Assembly (NCBI GenBank): GCA_963714865.1
Contig: CAVQPR010000001.1
Location: forward strand, 1,342,942 to 1,406,941
Reading direction: 5' to 3'
DNA from: an uncultured Actinomycetes bacterium
Lineage (GTDB): Bacteria > Actinomycetota > UBA4738 > HRBIN12
DNA: 64,000 bases
The first letter of the stretch is position 1, and each line of letters begins with the position of its first letter. The notes beneath the pieces were generated by a model. That model saw only the letters and a program-made list of their open reading frames with translations, searched no databases and was not told the origin of the DNA. Made by a program: the position numbers and the translations under genes. Shown piece by piece: positions 63,394 through 64,000 of this stretch.

Positions 63394-64000
63394 TCAGCCG
63401 ACGAACGGCGCCAGCCCGGCCCATGGGCGGGCTCGTTCGATGGCGGCTCCGATCCTGAAGGCATCGACGTCGGCGAAGGTGCGCGCCACGATCTGCACGC
63501 CGGTCGGCACGCCGTTCGAAGCGACGCCGCTCGGCACCGCCAGCACCGGGCACGGGGACAGGATGTTGAAGGGGGTGGTCATCATCGCCTGGAACTGGCG
63601 GTCGTTGCGCCCGCCCTCCGGGTAGATCTGCCCGAGGATGCTGTCGCCGGCGGGGATCCCGGTCACCGACCACGTCGATCCGATCAGCGCGCGGTAGCGA
63701 CGGAAGAGCCGGCCGAGCGGCTCCCAGATCCTGTGCTCGGCCTCGAGTCCCCGGAGGAACCCGCTGGGCTCCGCCGCCGTGACGGCAGCCTCCTCCGCCC
63801 AGGCCTCCAGGTAGTCGTTCACGAGGTCGGGCGCCGCAGCTACGAGCTCGGCGATCTGGGCGCCGAAGATCGCGCCGAAGTGACGCCGGGAGGCGCCCAT
63901 CAGCTCCTCCATGGTCCAGGGAAGCTCGACCTCCTCGACGATGGCACCTTCCTCCCGGAGCGCGTCGCCGACGGCCCGAGTATTCCGCGCGACCTCCTCG
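63394..64000 (-). CDS. Amidase family protein, C-terminal part (runs off window)
   Basis: TTPFNILSPCPVLAVPSG..NGVPTGVQIVAR..D...E..RPW, typical of the amidase C-terminus. Confidence 0.8.
   Translation of the reverse strand, partial: EEVARNTRAVGDALREEGAIVEEVELPWTMEELMGASRRHFGAIFGAQIAELVAAAPDLVNDYLEAWAEEAAVTAAEPSGFLRGLEAEHRIWEPLGRLFRRYRALIGSTWSVTGIPAGDSILGQIYPEGGRNDRQFQAMMTTPFNILSPCPVLAVPSGVASNGVPTGVQIVARTFADVDAFRIGAAIERARPWAGLAPFVG

Overview
High-GC bacterial DNA, almost certainly Actinomycetota (leaderless TANNNT promoters, actinobacterial ilvB attenuator). It is densely coding, with about 55 genes and no rRNA, tRNA, CRISPR or mobile element that I can support. Many conserved genes are broken by small frameshifts, which look like long-read/MAG indel errors. 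Contents in order: PLP aminotransferase (partial), SDR, membrane GGDEF-EAL protein, DacB, GNAT; a branched-chain amino acid operon (leader peptide/attenuator, unknown gene, ilvB, ilvN, ilvC, leuA, leuB, cimA); an ECF sigma/anti-sigma pair; two convergent operons each carrying a choline-kinase-like gene and a GcvT-type FAD/folate amine oxidoreductase; a Mo-oxidoreductase; a secreted dirigent/AOC-barrel protein; ilvD-thrC; transporters; small membrane protein paralogues behind DosR-like boxes; a Tat phospholipase C; and a long amine-catabolic block (TetR, PYROXD2-like oxidoreductase, CoA ligase, nucleoside hydrolase/ribokinase, Rieske-GcvT-ureohydrolase, mmsA, polyamine-type ABC, acyl-CoA dehydrogenase, amidase). 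The best candidate for an undescribed system is the 16.8-30.2 kb convergent pair. One arm adds a histidine phosphatase and a gamma-glutamyl ligase; the other adds DeoR, a nucleotidyltransferase-like domain, a metallophosphoesterase and an APC permease. Both arms share an 18-bp palindromic operator-like motif over their predicted -35 boxes.
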